Program-made: the position numbers and the translations under genes
The notes under the pieces: model-generated
What the model was told of the DNA's origin: nothing
Databases searched by the model: none
Seen by the model: the letters and a program-made list of their open reading frames with translations, nothing else
Source of the DNA: an uncultured Bacilli bacterium
GTDB lineage: Bacteria; Bacillota_I; Bacilli_A; RF39; UBA660
DNA length: 42,488 nucleotides
Assembly: GCA_944329395.1 (NCBI GenBank)
Contig: CALVIF010000002.1
Coordinates: 1 to 42,488 of the forward strand
Reading direction: 5' to 3'
Part shown: positions 9,248 through 18,219 of the stretch, one piece after another
How positions within the stretch are numbered: the stretch's first letter is position 1
How the letters are laid out: every line of letters begins with the position of its first letter

Positions 9248-10804
9248 TTACTTTATTTTGTATTTATATCTATTGTTTCGGACAGTAATTATTAAATCAA
9301 TGCTTTTTGAATCAATTATTTCTACAGGAACTAAAATGTATGCATATTTACCATAATATTGTTCAGTTGGCAAGGCATTTTTTATCGTGATATCATGTTC
9401 TTTATCGTTACTATCTATGTAATTTATTGTACCATATTTAGTTAAAAAGTCAATCATATCTTTGCCATCAAAGTCATTTGAAGCAAAGCTTATTTCTAAA
9501 TTTTTTTTACTTTGATCAACTGTAAAACTTTGTTCATTAAAACTACAATTTGTAGCATTACAACTTTCTTTACTATAAAAAACTGTTTCAGCAAGTTCAT
9601 AATTATCAAATATTACTTCTTTTTCTTTTTTGCCAATATTAAAGCTTAAACTATCACCTATTTTTAATTGTTTATGATCTTCTATTTTTGTTAAATCTTT
9701 AAGATTTAATTTTATTTTTCTTAAGTGATTTGAGTTGTTTGTAAATTCTTGATAATATAAAACAAATCTTTTTATGTTTAATTTTGTATTTACTTTAAAA
9801 ATAAGAATAGTATTATATTTTTCGTCTTTATTAATAGTTTTTTCTTCATATGCACTTCCTAAATCTTTAAATTGTGTCGCATATGTTTTGGCTGTTGGGG
9901 TATAATTGTTTGTTCCGTTCATTAAATGAAATCTTGCGAAATTTATTTTTCTTTTTTCTACCTTATTAGTAATTGTGACATCTAATATAACAAAGCTGCT
10001 TTCTTTTGAAATTAAGTCACCTTTGTAATCTAAGTTACTGTAATAACTATCATTAATTTTTATTTCATAACCACTTGTTTTAATTATATCTCCTTGTTTA
10101 TATGTTTTATTTGTTATAAATATAAATTCATATGTTTTAAAAGTAGAAATTAGTAATAAAATAATTGCAATTACAGTCACAGCTTTTTTATGTTCCTGTA
10201 GGTAATAACCACTATTTCTTTTAAAGCGTCTAATAAATCTCTTAAAACTATTTTTATCGATATTAATGTTTATTTCCATTTCGGCACGATCTGCTTCTGT
10301 TAATTCTAGGTATTCCTCGTCCGATTTAAAATCAAATTTTCGTAAATCAAGGCCTAGTATTCTAATAAATAATACAATAAATGTTACATATTGTGTTCCG
10401 ATTAGTATTAAAAGAATATCGCGCATTGCTCTTGGTCCTGTTGTATCTGTACTACCAATGTATGTTGCAAAAAAATTGCTAATTGTAATAAACATTATGA
10501 ATAGAACTGAATAACTAATGATTGGAACTATATATATTTTCCATGGTTTTTTCTTTTTGTATAAAAGAATTAGTACAGTAATCATTGAAGAAATTATTAG
10601 CAGTAAAAAAAGATAGGAAAAAAAGTTTATATAACCTGATATAGGTTCATTTAAATAATCATACGTTCCTAAATCTACAAATTCTTTCATAAAGGAATAA
10701 AGTTGTGTGGTTTTATAAACTATATATGCACATAGTATAAAAAGAAAGATATGAATTTTTTTAAAATTTTTAATTAAAAAGGCATATGGTTTTCTAATAA
10801 TCAT
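9248..10804 (-). CDS. Polytopic membrane protein (about 5 TM) with a C-terminal extracytoplasmic beta-rich (DUF4352-like) region; first gene of the operon
   Basis: Hydrophobic segments near residues 17-31, 60-82, 90-112, 128-150 and 207-222. The C-terminal half is beta-strand-like (SFVILDVTITNKVEKRKINFARFHLMNG...). SD tAGGAGttgatactATG. Confidence 0.75.
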   Translation of the reverse strand: MIIRKPYAFLIKNFKKIHIFLFILCAYIVYKTTQLYSFMKEFVDLGTYDYLNEPISGYINFFSYLFLLLIISSMITVLILLYKKKKPWKIYIVPIISYSVLFIMFITISNFFATYIGSTDTTGPRAMRDILLILIGTQYVTFIVLFIRILGLDLRKFDFKSDEEYLELTEADRAEMEININIDKNSFKRFIRRFKRNSGYYLQEHKKAVTVIAIILLLISTFKTYEFIFITNKTYKQGDIIKTSGYEIKINDSYYSNLDYKGDLISKESSFVILDVTITNKVEKRKINFARFHLMNGTNNYTPTAKTYATQFKDLGSAYEEKTINKDEKYNTILIFKVNTKLNIKRFVLYYQEFTNNSNHLRKIKLNLKDLTKIEDHKQLKIGDSLSFNIGKKEKEVIFDNYELAETVFYSKESCNATNCSFNEQSFTVDQSKKNLEISFASNDFDGKDMIDFLTKYGTINYIDSNDKEHDITIKNALPTEQYYGKYAYILVPVEIIDSKSIDLIITVRNNRYKYKIK

Positions 10805-10850
10805 AGTATCAACTCCTATTATTCTATCTTTAATTAGTATAACTTATTTT

Positions 10851-10891
10851 AAGTAAAAAAAAAAGATTGTTTAAACAATAAACAATCTTTT
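10851..10891 (-). terminator. Rho-independent terminator downstream of greA
   Basis: Perfect 13-bp stem (10861-10873 with 10879-10891) and a 5-nt loop, followed on the minus strand by a run of about 10 U. The stem is AT-rich and therefore weak. Confidence 0.6.
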
Positions 10892-10912
10892 TTATTTTAT
10901 TATTTTATTTTA

Positions 10913-11383
10913 TTATTTTATTTCTATTACTTCAATCTCATAAGAGCCATTAGGACTTTCAACAGTTACAATGTCTCCTACTTTATGATTAAATAATGCT
11001 TGAGCTATTGGGCTTTCATTTGAAATCTTGCTTTCAAATGGATTAGCTTCTTGTGAACCAACAATTTTATATTCATCTTCTTCATCATCATCAACATATT
11101 TGATGCATACTGTATTACCAATACCAACTGTATCTTTTGAAACTTCAGATATTATGGAAACATTTTCCAACATTTTTTCTATTTGTTTTATACGAGCTTC
11201 TATCTGAGCTTGCTCATTACGAGCTGCATCATATTCTGCATTTTCAGATAAATCACCTAGTGATCTCGCCTCTTTTATTGCTTGAATATTTTCTGGACGC
11301 TTTACATTTATTAAGTTATCTAATTCGTTTTTTAGTTCTTCCAATCCCTCTTGAGTTAAATATACGGTATTTTTATTACCCAT
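10913..11383 (-). CDS. greA: Transcription elongation factor GreA
   Basis: LTQEGLEELKNELDNL coiled-coil N-domain and C-domain SNESPIAQALFNHKVGDIVTV. The track start at 11392 is a GTG inside the SD (GAGGTGataaacATG), so the ATG at 11383 is preferred. Confidence 0.95.
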   Translation of the reverse strand: MGNKNTVYLTQEGLEELKNELDNLINVKRPENIQAIKEARSLGDLSENAEYDAARNEQAQIEARIKQIEKMLENVSIISEVSKDTVGIGNTVCIKYVDDDEEDEYKIVGSQEANPFESKISNESPIAQALFNHKVGDIVTVESPNGSYEIEVIEIK

Positions 11384-11446
11384 GTTTATCACCTCGTAAA
11401 TGTTTTGTATATTATTATTTATTGAATACTAAATTCAACTTGCCAA

Positions 11447-11475
11447 AGTATATCATATTTTTTTTACTTTAGCAA
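11447..11475 (-). promoter_or_regulatory. Putative sigma-A promoter for greA
   Basis: On the minus strand: TTGCTA, 17 nt, TATACT, with an extended TG (TGATATACT). Confidence 0.35.
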
Positions 11476-11479
11476 TATC

Positions 11480-12106
11480 TTATTTTCTTTTTATATAGGT
11501 TATTCCTTTTTCTTTTAAAGTTTCTTCTCTTTCCATTTCTTTAATTATTTTTGTTAAATCAGACTTTTTATATTGACCAATATTTAACATTCCTAAAGGA
11601 TTTTGGCTTTCTTCAAATAATCTCTTCATTGAATTTGATGAGCTGTCTAGTGCATGAGTATAACTTTCTATATTGGCAAACTTATCTATATTTTGATCTC
11701 TATATTTTACTTTTGCTAGTTCTGATATTCTGGAATGTTCTCTTATAAGCCAAATAATTGATGCTCCAAATCCTAGAATTGTTGCTGAAGCGGTTAAAAA
11801 TTCGTTAGCTTGAATACTTTGCATTGATTCTGATCCTATCAAAGCAATACTACCGGTGCTAGTTGCTAGAACACTTCCTGTAGCAATAAGAGTTCTAATT
11901 TTATATATGGCTTCTCTTTTAATAGCATCTTTCATTTGTTCTTCCATTATTGATTCAAGTTTTTGAAGATTTGCATCAGTATTTTCAACATCAGTATGTT
12001 TATGGCCATCTCCAAATGTTACTATTAATGTCTCATCATCTTTTTTTTGAGTTACATCTAAAATATATGTTGTTTTATCTTCTTTTATTCTGTTATATCT
12101 TTGCAT
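11480..12106 (-). CDS. Hypothetical membrane protein (two central TM helices)
   Basis: SD AGGAGGtaataaaATG and its own promoter. Hydrophobic segments TLIATGSVLATSTGSIALIG and LTASATILGFGASIIWLI. No recognisable family motifs. Confidence 0.65.
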   Translation of the reverse strand: MQRYNRIKEDKTTYILDVTQKKDDETLIVTFGDGHKHTDVENTDANLQKLESIMEEQMKDAIKREAIYKIRTLIATGSVLATSTGSIALIGSESMQSIQANEFLTASATILGFGASIIWLIREHSRISELAKVKYRDQNIDKFANIESYTHALDSSSNSMKRLFEESQNPLGMLNIGQYKKSDLTKIIKEMEREETLKEKGITYIKRK

Positions 12107-12142
12107 TTTATTACCTCCTAAGGCTCGTTTTTAAACAGGCAT

Positions 12143-12171
12143 ATTGTATCATAAAAAGCTTGAGGTTTCAA
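12143..12171 (-). promoter_or_regulatory. Near-consensus sigma-A promoter for the 11480..12106 gene
   Basis: On the minus strand: TTGAAA (12171-12166), a 17-nt spacer, then TACAAT (12148-12143) preceded by TGA (extended -10). The -35 element lies within the upstream terminator hairpin. Confidence 0.5.
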
Positions 12172-12180
12172 GCTTTTTCA
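12150..12180 (-). terminator. Rho-independent terminator of the HD-hydrolase gene, overlapping its TGA stop
   Basis: 11-bp stem aaaaagcttga / tcaagcttttt (12153-12163 with 12168-12178), 4-nt loop, with the U-run inside the 3' arm. Confidence 0.6.
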
Positions 12181-13292
12181 ATTTCTATATGAAATAAATC
12201 ATCAGTCATTCCTGCAATAAAATCTATAACCATTCTTTTTTTTGATGTTGTTTTTAAATATGTTTCGTTTTGATAATTTAGAAACATTGTATAGATAATG
12301 CTATTTTTATTATTGGTAGTAATATCATTTAAATATTTATTATATATTTTATTCATTCCAATACGATAATATTCTGATTCCTTATCAGTTATACTTTTTG
12401 AGTAAATATTTTTATAATTAAATTTTTTTAAAAGAAATAGTTTTTCATAAACTTCTTTGCTCATCTTTATATATGGCTTATTGAGACTATTTTTTATGAT
12501 ATCTAAAACAACCGTGTTTATTATATCTTTATTATTATCCCCTAATACTTCTGTTATTTCTTGTGGTAAATCTTTTCGATTAAATTTACCTATACTAATT
12601 GCATCTTCGATATCTCTTCCAATATAGCCAATTATATCGCTAATTCTTACAACACATCCTTCTAGTGTCATTGGATGGTATTTTTTTACTTTTTCTAAAT
12701 TTGTGTAAGATTCTTTATATTGATTCAAAAATTCACTTGGTGTCTTTGGCGTTGGAACATATTTATTAGATAACATTTCACCATTATGGCACATTATTCC
12801 ATCTAAAACTTGAATAGAAAGATTTAGTCCATTACCATTGTTTTCAATACTCATACAGTGTCTAACACTTTGAATATTATGAGCAAATCTTTCATTTAAT
12901 TCACGCATTGAAATTTCATCTAAAATATATTCTCCTTGATGACCAATTGGGGTGTGACCAATATCGTGACCTAAAGCAATCGCCTCTATTAAGTCCTCAT
13001 TTAAATTTAGGGCTCTTCCAATGGTTCTTGCTATTTTACTAACTAATTGTACATGAATCATTCGTTTTGAAATGTGATCACTCTCATTATAAGGAAATAC
13101 TTGTGTTTTATCTATATAGCGATTATAACTTAAAGAATGAATAATTCTATCTATGTCACGGTAAAAACTTGGACGAATATCATCATCAGAAATTTCAACT
13201 AAGCGAATTGAATCACTACTTTTTGTAGCATATTTGCTTAAATTTTTTTCTTTGTTTAAAAAATTTTGTTTGGCTTCTTCTAAATATTCCAT
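12168..13292 (-). CDS. dGTP triphosphohydrolase-like HD-domain phosphohydrolase
   Basis: HD signature ALGHDIGHTPIGHQGE and upstream RMIHVQLV (metal-binding His). Size and motif order resemble short Dgt-family proteins. SD GGAGGaataatATG. Confidence 0.8.
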   Translation of the reverse strand: MEYLEEAKQNFLNKEKNLSKYATKSSDSIRLVEISDDDIRPSFYRDIDRIIHSLSYNRYIDKTQVFPYNESDHISKRMIHVQLVSKIARTIGRALNLNEDLIEAIALGHDIGHTPIGHQGEYILDEISMRELNERFAHNIQSVRHCMSIENNGNGLNLSIQVLDGIMCHNGEMLSNKYVPTPKTPSEFLNQYKESYTNLEKVKKYHPMTLEGCVVRISDIIGYIGRDIEDAISIGKFNRKDLPQEITEVLGDNNKDIINTVVLDIIKNSLNKPYIKMSKEVYEKLFLLKKFNYKNIYSKSITDKESEYYRIGMNKIYNKYLNDITTNNKNSIIYTMFLNYQNETYLKTTSKKRMVIDFIAGMTDDLFHIEIEKA

Positions 13293-13314
13293 ATTATTCC
13301 TCCATAAGTTATTA

Positions 13315-14508
13315 TTATTCTTTATTGTTTGCTTTACTTATTAAGCGAATCATTGAATATGGTGGTAGTTGCTTTTGAAATTTTAATTTTAAAACTTCTT
13401 CTGGATGACAGGCAACATCTAATTCATTCATATTTTCATCATATATTTTATCAATAGTATATTGATAAGTTTCGCCAGAAGGCGTAAATATTTCTGTCTG
13501 ATCTCCTGGTGAAAAAAAATTTCTTTCTATTAGAATAATACAATTATTTTGATAATCATATCCAGTAATTAATCCTAAATAATCTTGATTAGACAATTCT
13601 TGTCTTCCACTATAATACTGATCTGTATGGTCTGCTTCTTTCATTAAATACTGTGATGATACTTCTCGATTAGCTACTTTGTTTAATCGTTGTTCTAACA
13701 AAGACATTTTTTCTTCTGAAAGATTATTGTTATAGTAGCTATCTATTATTTCACGATAAGTTCCAATAACTGTGGCTAGATAATATAATGAACGCATTCT
13801 TCCTTCTACTTTTAAACTTTTAATTCCGCTTTCAATTATTTGACCAATATATTTTGATAAATTTAAATCTTTTGAAGCCATTGTAAAATCTTTTTCTTCA
13901 GTGGTTTTAAAAGCAAAACGACACACTTGTGAACATCCTCCACGATTGGCATCACGATTTGTAACATAGTTTGATAAAGCACATCTGCCACTAAAACATG
14001 TACACATGGCTCCATGAATAAATATTTCAATATCAATTCCCGTTCTTTTAATTATTTCTTTCATATCTTCTAGTTGAACTTCTCTTGCTAATACAACTCT
14101 TTTTACACCTTCATTTTTAAAATATTCAACGGCTTTATAGTTACTTGTTGAATTTTGAGTGGACAAATGAACTTCAACATTAGGAAAATTGGTTTTTATA
14201 TAGGAAATAATAAATGGATCACTTACAATAAACGCATCAATACCTGCCATTACGACTTGTTGTATATATTCTTCTACACCTTCCATGTCTTCATTATGAA
14301 AGACAATATTTAATGTTAAATATACTTTTTTGTTTAGTTTATGGGCAAAATCACAGGCTTGTTTAATATTTTCTAGAGTAAAGTTTGTTGCATTTGCACG
14401 TAAGCTATATTTTTCTCCTCCAATATAAACGGCATCTGCTCCATATAATAATGTAACTTTTAAACGTTCTAAATCTCCAGCTGGAGATAGTAATTCAATT
14501 TTAGCCAT
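13315..14508 (-). CDS. Peptidase U32 family protein (YrrO/TrhP-type, linked to tRNA ho5U34 formation)
   Basis: U32 signature EIFIHGAMCTCFSGRCALS and KVEGRMRS. It is positioned after a second U32 gene and an O-methyltransferase, as in B. subtilis yrrM-yrrN-yrrO. Confidence 0.85.
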   Translation of the reverse strand: MAKIELLSPAGDLERLKVTLLYGADAVYIGGEKYSLRANATNFTLENIKQACDFAHKLNKKVYLTLNIVFHNEDMEGVEEYIQQVVMAGIDAFIVSDPFIISYIKTNFPNVEVHLSTQNSTSNYKAVEYFKNEGVKRVVLAREVQLEDMKEIIKRTGIDIEIFIHGAMCTCFSGRCALSNYVTNRDANRGGCSQVCRFAFKTTEEKDFTMASKDLNLSKYIGQIIESGIKSLKVEGRMRSLYYLATVIGTYREIIDSYYNNNLSEEKMSLLEQRLNKVANREVSSQYLMKEADHTDQYYSGRQELSNQDYLGLITGYDYQNNCIILIERNFFSPGDQTEIFTPSGETYQYTIDKIYDENMNELDVACHPEEVLKLKFQKQLPPYSMIRLISKANNKE

Positions 14509-15355
14509 TTTTTCTCACCTTATAGATTGTCTTTTTGAAAAAGAAATTTGTATCTTGACCTAATTTTTTATATTTTTCAAGATATTTGATATTTTGACAA
14601 TTACCTTTAATATATTCTTTTGTATCATCCACTATTTCTTTAAATAAACTGTGATTTATTCCATACTCACGCATTATAATATAGGGAACGTTATTATCAA
14701 ATAAATTCTTTATAATTGATGTTCCGTTTGTTATACTTTTTAGAAAAAAACTTGTTCCATTTTCATCTTCAATTAGTTGATACTTTTGGTTTATTATTTT
14801 TTCTTCAATATCTAGAGTTTTACTAGACGATTTATTTAAATCTTTATAATAATTTGTTATTAATCTTCGCTTAGAAAAAGCAACAGATGGCATACTTAAT
14901 ACTTCTACCATTGAAATAATACTAGTTTTAGCTACAATTTCTAATATTTCTTCTAATGTTATTTCTTTACTTAATAAAGCATATTTAACTCCTTTATTAA
15001 AATAATAATTACATGTTTTATAATTATTTACCATATGTGTTTGATTCCAAACTAAATCAGTTTTTAAATTTAATTCTTTTTTTAATTGAAGGATTGCTAG
15101 ATCATAGAAAAAAATTCCTTTAATATTTAAATTATCTAAATATAGTAATTCTTGTTTTAATGCTTCTATTTCTTTATTAAATATATTTTTATTTATACTA
15201 ATAAATATTTCTTTTTGGGGATTTTTTTCTATTATATCTTTGATTTCTTCTTTGGTATATGTTACTTCACTTTGAACTGAAAATCCTTTTAAGGCTAAGA
15301 TTAAGCCATCGGCATCTATTATATCTTTATTTGATTGTTCTACTAGTAGTTTCAT
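14501..15355 (-). CDS. Peptidase U32 family protein, short paralog (YrrN-type)
   Basis: 8-nt overlap with the downstream U32 gene. TIM-barrel-like alternating pattern and conserved synteny. SD aGAGGTGaactATG. No strong catalytic signature was read. Confidence 0.7.
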   Translation of the reverse strand: MKLLVEQSNKDIIDADGLILALKGFSVQSEVTYTKEEIKDIIEKNPQKEIFISINKNIFNKEIEALKQELLYLDNLNIKGIFFYDLAILQLKKELNLKTDLVWNQTHMVNNYKTCNYYFNKGVKYALLSKEITLEEILEIVAKTSIISMVEVLSMPSVAFSKRRLITNYYKDLNKSSSKTLDIEEKIINQKYQLIEDENGTSFFLKSITNGTSIIKNLFDNNVPYIIMREYGINHSLFKEIVDDTKEYIKGNCQNIKYLEKYKKLGQDTNFFFKKTIYKVRKNG

Positions 15356-15446
15356 AGTTCACCTCTTTTTATATTATATAATAATCATTAATAAAGTTAA
15401 AGTAAAGTAATATATTTTATTATTATATTAATTCTAGTAAATAAAA

Positions 15447-15478
15447 AAACCTAGAATTTTCGTAATTTAACTAGGCTT
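15447..15478 (-). terminator. Weak candidate terminator after the methyltransferase gene
   Basis: On the minus strand: cctag, 16-nt loop, ctagg, followed by 7 U. The stem is short and the loop is long. Confidence 0.25.
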
Positions 15479-15500
15479 TTATTTTAATATTTTTTCTTAA

Positions 15501-16085
15501 TTATTTTTTTATACTTAAAGATATTCCATCACCAATATCATAAAACTCTGTATTATATTTTTCATTATTTTTTAAGAACTCAATGTATGCTTTTGTCTTT
15601 CTAACTATTCCGCGTACATTACGACTTAAAATTTCTTCTTCTGGAGTTTTTACTAGGCCATGAAAATTTAAATTGTCAGTAATTATCGCTCCATTTTTTG
15701 TTAAATTATTTTCAAATTTTTCAAAGAATTTTATGCTTTGTGCTTTTGCCGCATCAATAAAAATTAACTCAAAGTTATCGTTTAATTCTACATCAAAAGC
15801 ATCTTTATTTATTACTGTTATTCTATCTTCAAGATTTAATTCTTTTATATTTTTGATTGCTTCTTTATATCTTAATTCATCACGTTCAATTGTTGTTACT
15901 TTAATATCTTTACTTGTTAAGGCCATCATTATAGCTGAATAACCTATTGCTGTACCTATTTCTAAAATATTTTTTATATTATTTTTTTTAATGTATGATA
16001 TTAAAAAATCTATTCCATCATTTTGCATAATAGGTACATTGTTTTCTTTAGCATATTTTTTTATTATTTGTATTTTGTCAAACAT
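15501..16085 (-). CDS. trmR: SAM-dependent O-methyltransferase (YrrM/TrmR-type, tRNA mo5U34)
   Basis: Motif I ILEIGTAIGYSA, then LIFIDAAK. Synteny with mltG and the U32 pair. Confidence 0.8.
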   Translation of the reverse strand: MFDKIQIIKKYAKENNVPIMQNDGIDFLISYIKKNNIKNILEIGTAIGYSAIMMALTSKDIKVTTIERDELRYKEAIKNIKELNLEDRITVINKDAFDVELNDNFELIFIDAAKAQSIKFFEKFENNLTKNGAIITDNLNFHGLVKTPEEEILSRNVRGIVRKTKAYIEFLKNNEKYNTEFYDIGDGISLSIKK

Positions 16086-16088
16086 TTT

Positions 16089-17171
16089 CTAGTACCCCTG
16101 ATTTATAGCCGCAAGTTCATTTTTCTTATTTAAAAAATCATTGTATTCTTCATAGAAAAATGTTTCTAATGTTTCAATATTTGATATAAAGTAAATATAT
16201 GGTGTTGAATCTGGATTAAATGCAGCATCAATACTGTTTTTAGAAATGGTAGATATTGGACCTATTGGTAGTTTTCCATTCATACTTCCATCAGTTAGTC
16301 TAGTATTATATGGACTTTTTATTTGAAATTCAGCTGCGGATAATGCTCTTTTTTCATCAATCTTATTAGCGTATTTGGCTGTTACATCACTACCAAGTGG
16401 CATATTTTTTTTGATTCTATTTACAAAAACACTTGCCATTTTAGATCTATCAGTTGAAACAGAGCTTTCTTTTTCAATCATACTTGCTAAAGTTAATCGC
16501 TCATGAATGCTTAATGTAGCATAATTATAGTTTTCATATTTTTCTAAATGCTTGGCAGTTTGTTCAAGCATTTTATCAAATATATATTCTACATTAACAT
16601 CTTCATTTGCTAAAGTATATGTATCAGGATATAAGTATCCTTCTAATTTATAGTATATTTCTTTATTTAAAATATCTTCTGTAATAAACCAATACTTATT
16701 AATCAATTTTCTAATATACTGTTCATCATTGCTTTTATTAATTACATCATCATAACTATTAGACGTTTTACTTGAGATTATTCTTGCTATTTCCCGCATA
16801 TTTAATCCTTCTTGAATTGTAATGTTAATTTCATCTGGATTATAACTATTTCCTTTTTCTAATGCCTTAATAATTTGTTCTAATGACATACTTTTATTAA
16901 ATTTATATGTTGTAGCTTTTAAGGATGAGGTTTTATTTAGTTTAATATATAACTTAAAAAATTCAGGATTTCTAATTAAATCTTTTTCTTTTAAAATTTT
17001 AGCTATTTCACTTGCTCCAGCTCCAGATGGAATAATTACTTCTATGTTAGTTGTATCATTTGAATCTACTGGGCTTTTGAAGATGTTCCAAGTAATTAGT
17101 CCAGCTAATATTATTAATAGAATTAGTATTATAAATATTATTATTATTTTGACTTTCTTTTTTACTACCAT
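16089..17171 (-). CDS. mltG: Endolytic murein transglycosylase MltG (YceG-like)
   Basis: N-terminal TM, LASMIEKE catalytic region, SPYNTR and LPIGPIS motifs. Confidence 0.9.
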   Translation of the reverse strand: MVVKKKVKIIIIFIILILLIILAGLITWNIFKSPVDSNDTTNIEVIIPSGAGASEIAKILKEKDLIRNPEFFKLYIKLNKTSSLKATTYKFNKSMSLEQIIKALEKGNSYNPDEINITIQEGLNMREIARIISSKTSNSYDDVINKSNDEQYIRKLINKYWFITEDILNKEIYYKLEGYLYPDTYTLANEDVNVEYIFDKMLEQTAKHLEKYENYNYATLSIHERLTLASMIEKESSVSTDRSKMASVFVNRIKKNMPLGSDVTAKYANKIDEKRALSAAEFQIKSPYNTRLTDGSMNGKLPIGPISTISKNSIDAAFNPDSTPYIYFISNIETLETFFYEEYNDFLNKKNELAAINQGY

Positions 17172-17200
17172 AATTCTCCTTTTTCAAAAAATAAAGAGCC

Positions 17201-17494
17201 TTACTGCTCAATATTTTTCTCCGCTACTGATCTTTTTATTTCTTCTTGTAGAGTATTTAATATAGTTTCTACTATTTTCCATTCTTTTTCTGTTTCTATT
17301 GCTCCTAAAGTTGAATTAGAATCTGTATAATTGTAAGTTGAAGCATATACTTGAATATTACCTTCTGCATCTTTTGTATTGTCGGTATAAACAATATAAT
17401 TTTTTTTGGTTTCATCACTTTCGTATGTGAATAAAACTTCATATTCTACTTCTTTACCATTTTCATCCACTAGTGTAAACTTATTTTTGTCCAT
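17201..17494 (-). CDS. DUF1292 (YrzB-like) protein
   Basis: Small acidic protein with the pattern LVDENGKEVEYEVLFTYE...YIVY typical of DUF1292. It overlaps the ruvX stop. Confidence 0.8.
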   Translation of the reverse strand: MDKNKFTLVDENGKEVEYEVLFTYESDETKKNYIVYTDNTKDAEGNIQVYASTYNYTDSNSTLGAIETEKEWKIVETILNTLQEEIKRSVAEKNIEQ

Positions 17495-17912
17495 CTTCTT
17501 TTCCTTTCTTATCTAAAAATGATTGTAATATAATAGTTGCTGCAATGCTGTCTACAACTTTCTTTCGTCCTTTTCTTGAAACATTTCCCATTATTAGCAT
17601 ATCTGTTGCGCTTTTGGTCGTTAGGCGTTCATCTTGTAGGTAAACAGGAATATTTATTATTTCTTCTAATTTTTGTTTAAACATTATACTAAGTTCGCCC
17701 TTTGGACCTATTGTATTATTCATATTTTTAGGAAATCCTAAAACTATAGCTTTAGCATTTACCTCTTCAACAATTTTCTTTACTTCATTTAAGAGAAAAT
17801 CATATTCTTCATTATGTCTTATCGTTTTATAACTTGAGGCTATTAGACCTGTATTGTCGCTTAAAGATATACCAAGTGTTCTACTTCCTAAATCTAAACC
17901 AATATATTTCAT
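17481..17912 (-). CDS. ruvX: Holliday junction resolvase-like pre-16S rRNA nuclease RuvX/YqgF
   Basis: N-terminus MKYIGLDLGSRTLGISLSD and DERLTT motif. Conserved position after the IreB-like gene. Confidence 0.9.
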   Translation of the reverse strand: MKYIGLDLGSRTLGISLSDNTGLIASSYKTIRHNEEYDFLLNEVKKIVEEVNAKAIVLGFPKNMNNTIGPKGELSIMFKQKLEEIINIPVYLQDERLTTKSATDMLIMGNVSRKGRKKVVDSIAATIILQSFLDKKGKEDGQK

Positions 17913-18163
17913 TTTTCTTTTTTTTGAAATTCATTTAATAGAATTTCAACAATCTTAGCACGATCAATTTCTTGGATTTTATTGCGAGCATCTTGGTAGC
18001 TAGAAATATAGCCGGGATCTCCGCTAATTAAATAACCAACAATCTGATTGGTTGGATTGTATCCTCTTTCTATCAATGAAGAGCACACTTCATTTAAAAT
18101 TTTCCTTGTTAGCTCTGTATCAATTTCTTTTAAATCGAATAAGCTTGTAGTATCTTGGGACAT
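17909..18163 (-). CDS. IreB-family regulatory phosphoprotein (UPF0297, YrzL-like)
   Basis: 84 aa with ERGYNPTNQIVGYLISGDPGYISS, typical of UPF0297. 4-nt overlap with ruvX. Confidence 0.85.
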   Translation of the reverse strand: MSQDTTSLFDLKEIDTELTRKILNEVCSSLIERGYNPTNQIVGYLISGDPGYISSYQDARNKIQEIDRAKIVEILLNEFQKKEK

Positions 18164-18219
18164 ATAATCACCTCATCTTATATTTATTTTAACATTAATT
18201 TAGTTTATATACAACAATT

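Noticed and set aside
1-10804. The left-end operon as a conjugative type IV secretion module or prophage remnant
   Set aside because: No relaxase, coupling protein, VirB4/VirD4-like gene, integrase or phage structural gene is visible. The CpaB-like and TadB-like neighbours point to Tad-type machinery rather than VirB-type. The off-window part is unknown.
10805-10860. Promoter call for the Tad-like operon (TATACT near 10828)
   Set aside because: There is no acceptable -35 element and no extended TG. The alternative TAGAAT lies too close to the SD. This is recorded as the absence of a clear sigma-A promoter rather than annotated as a feature.
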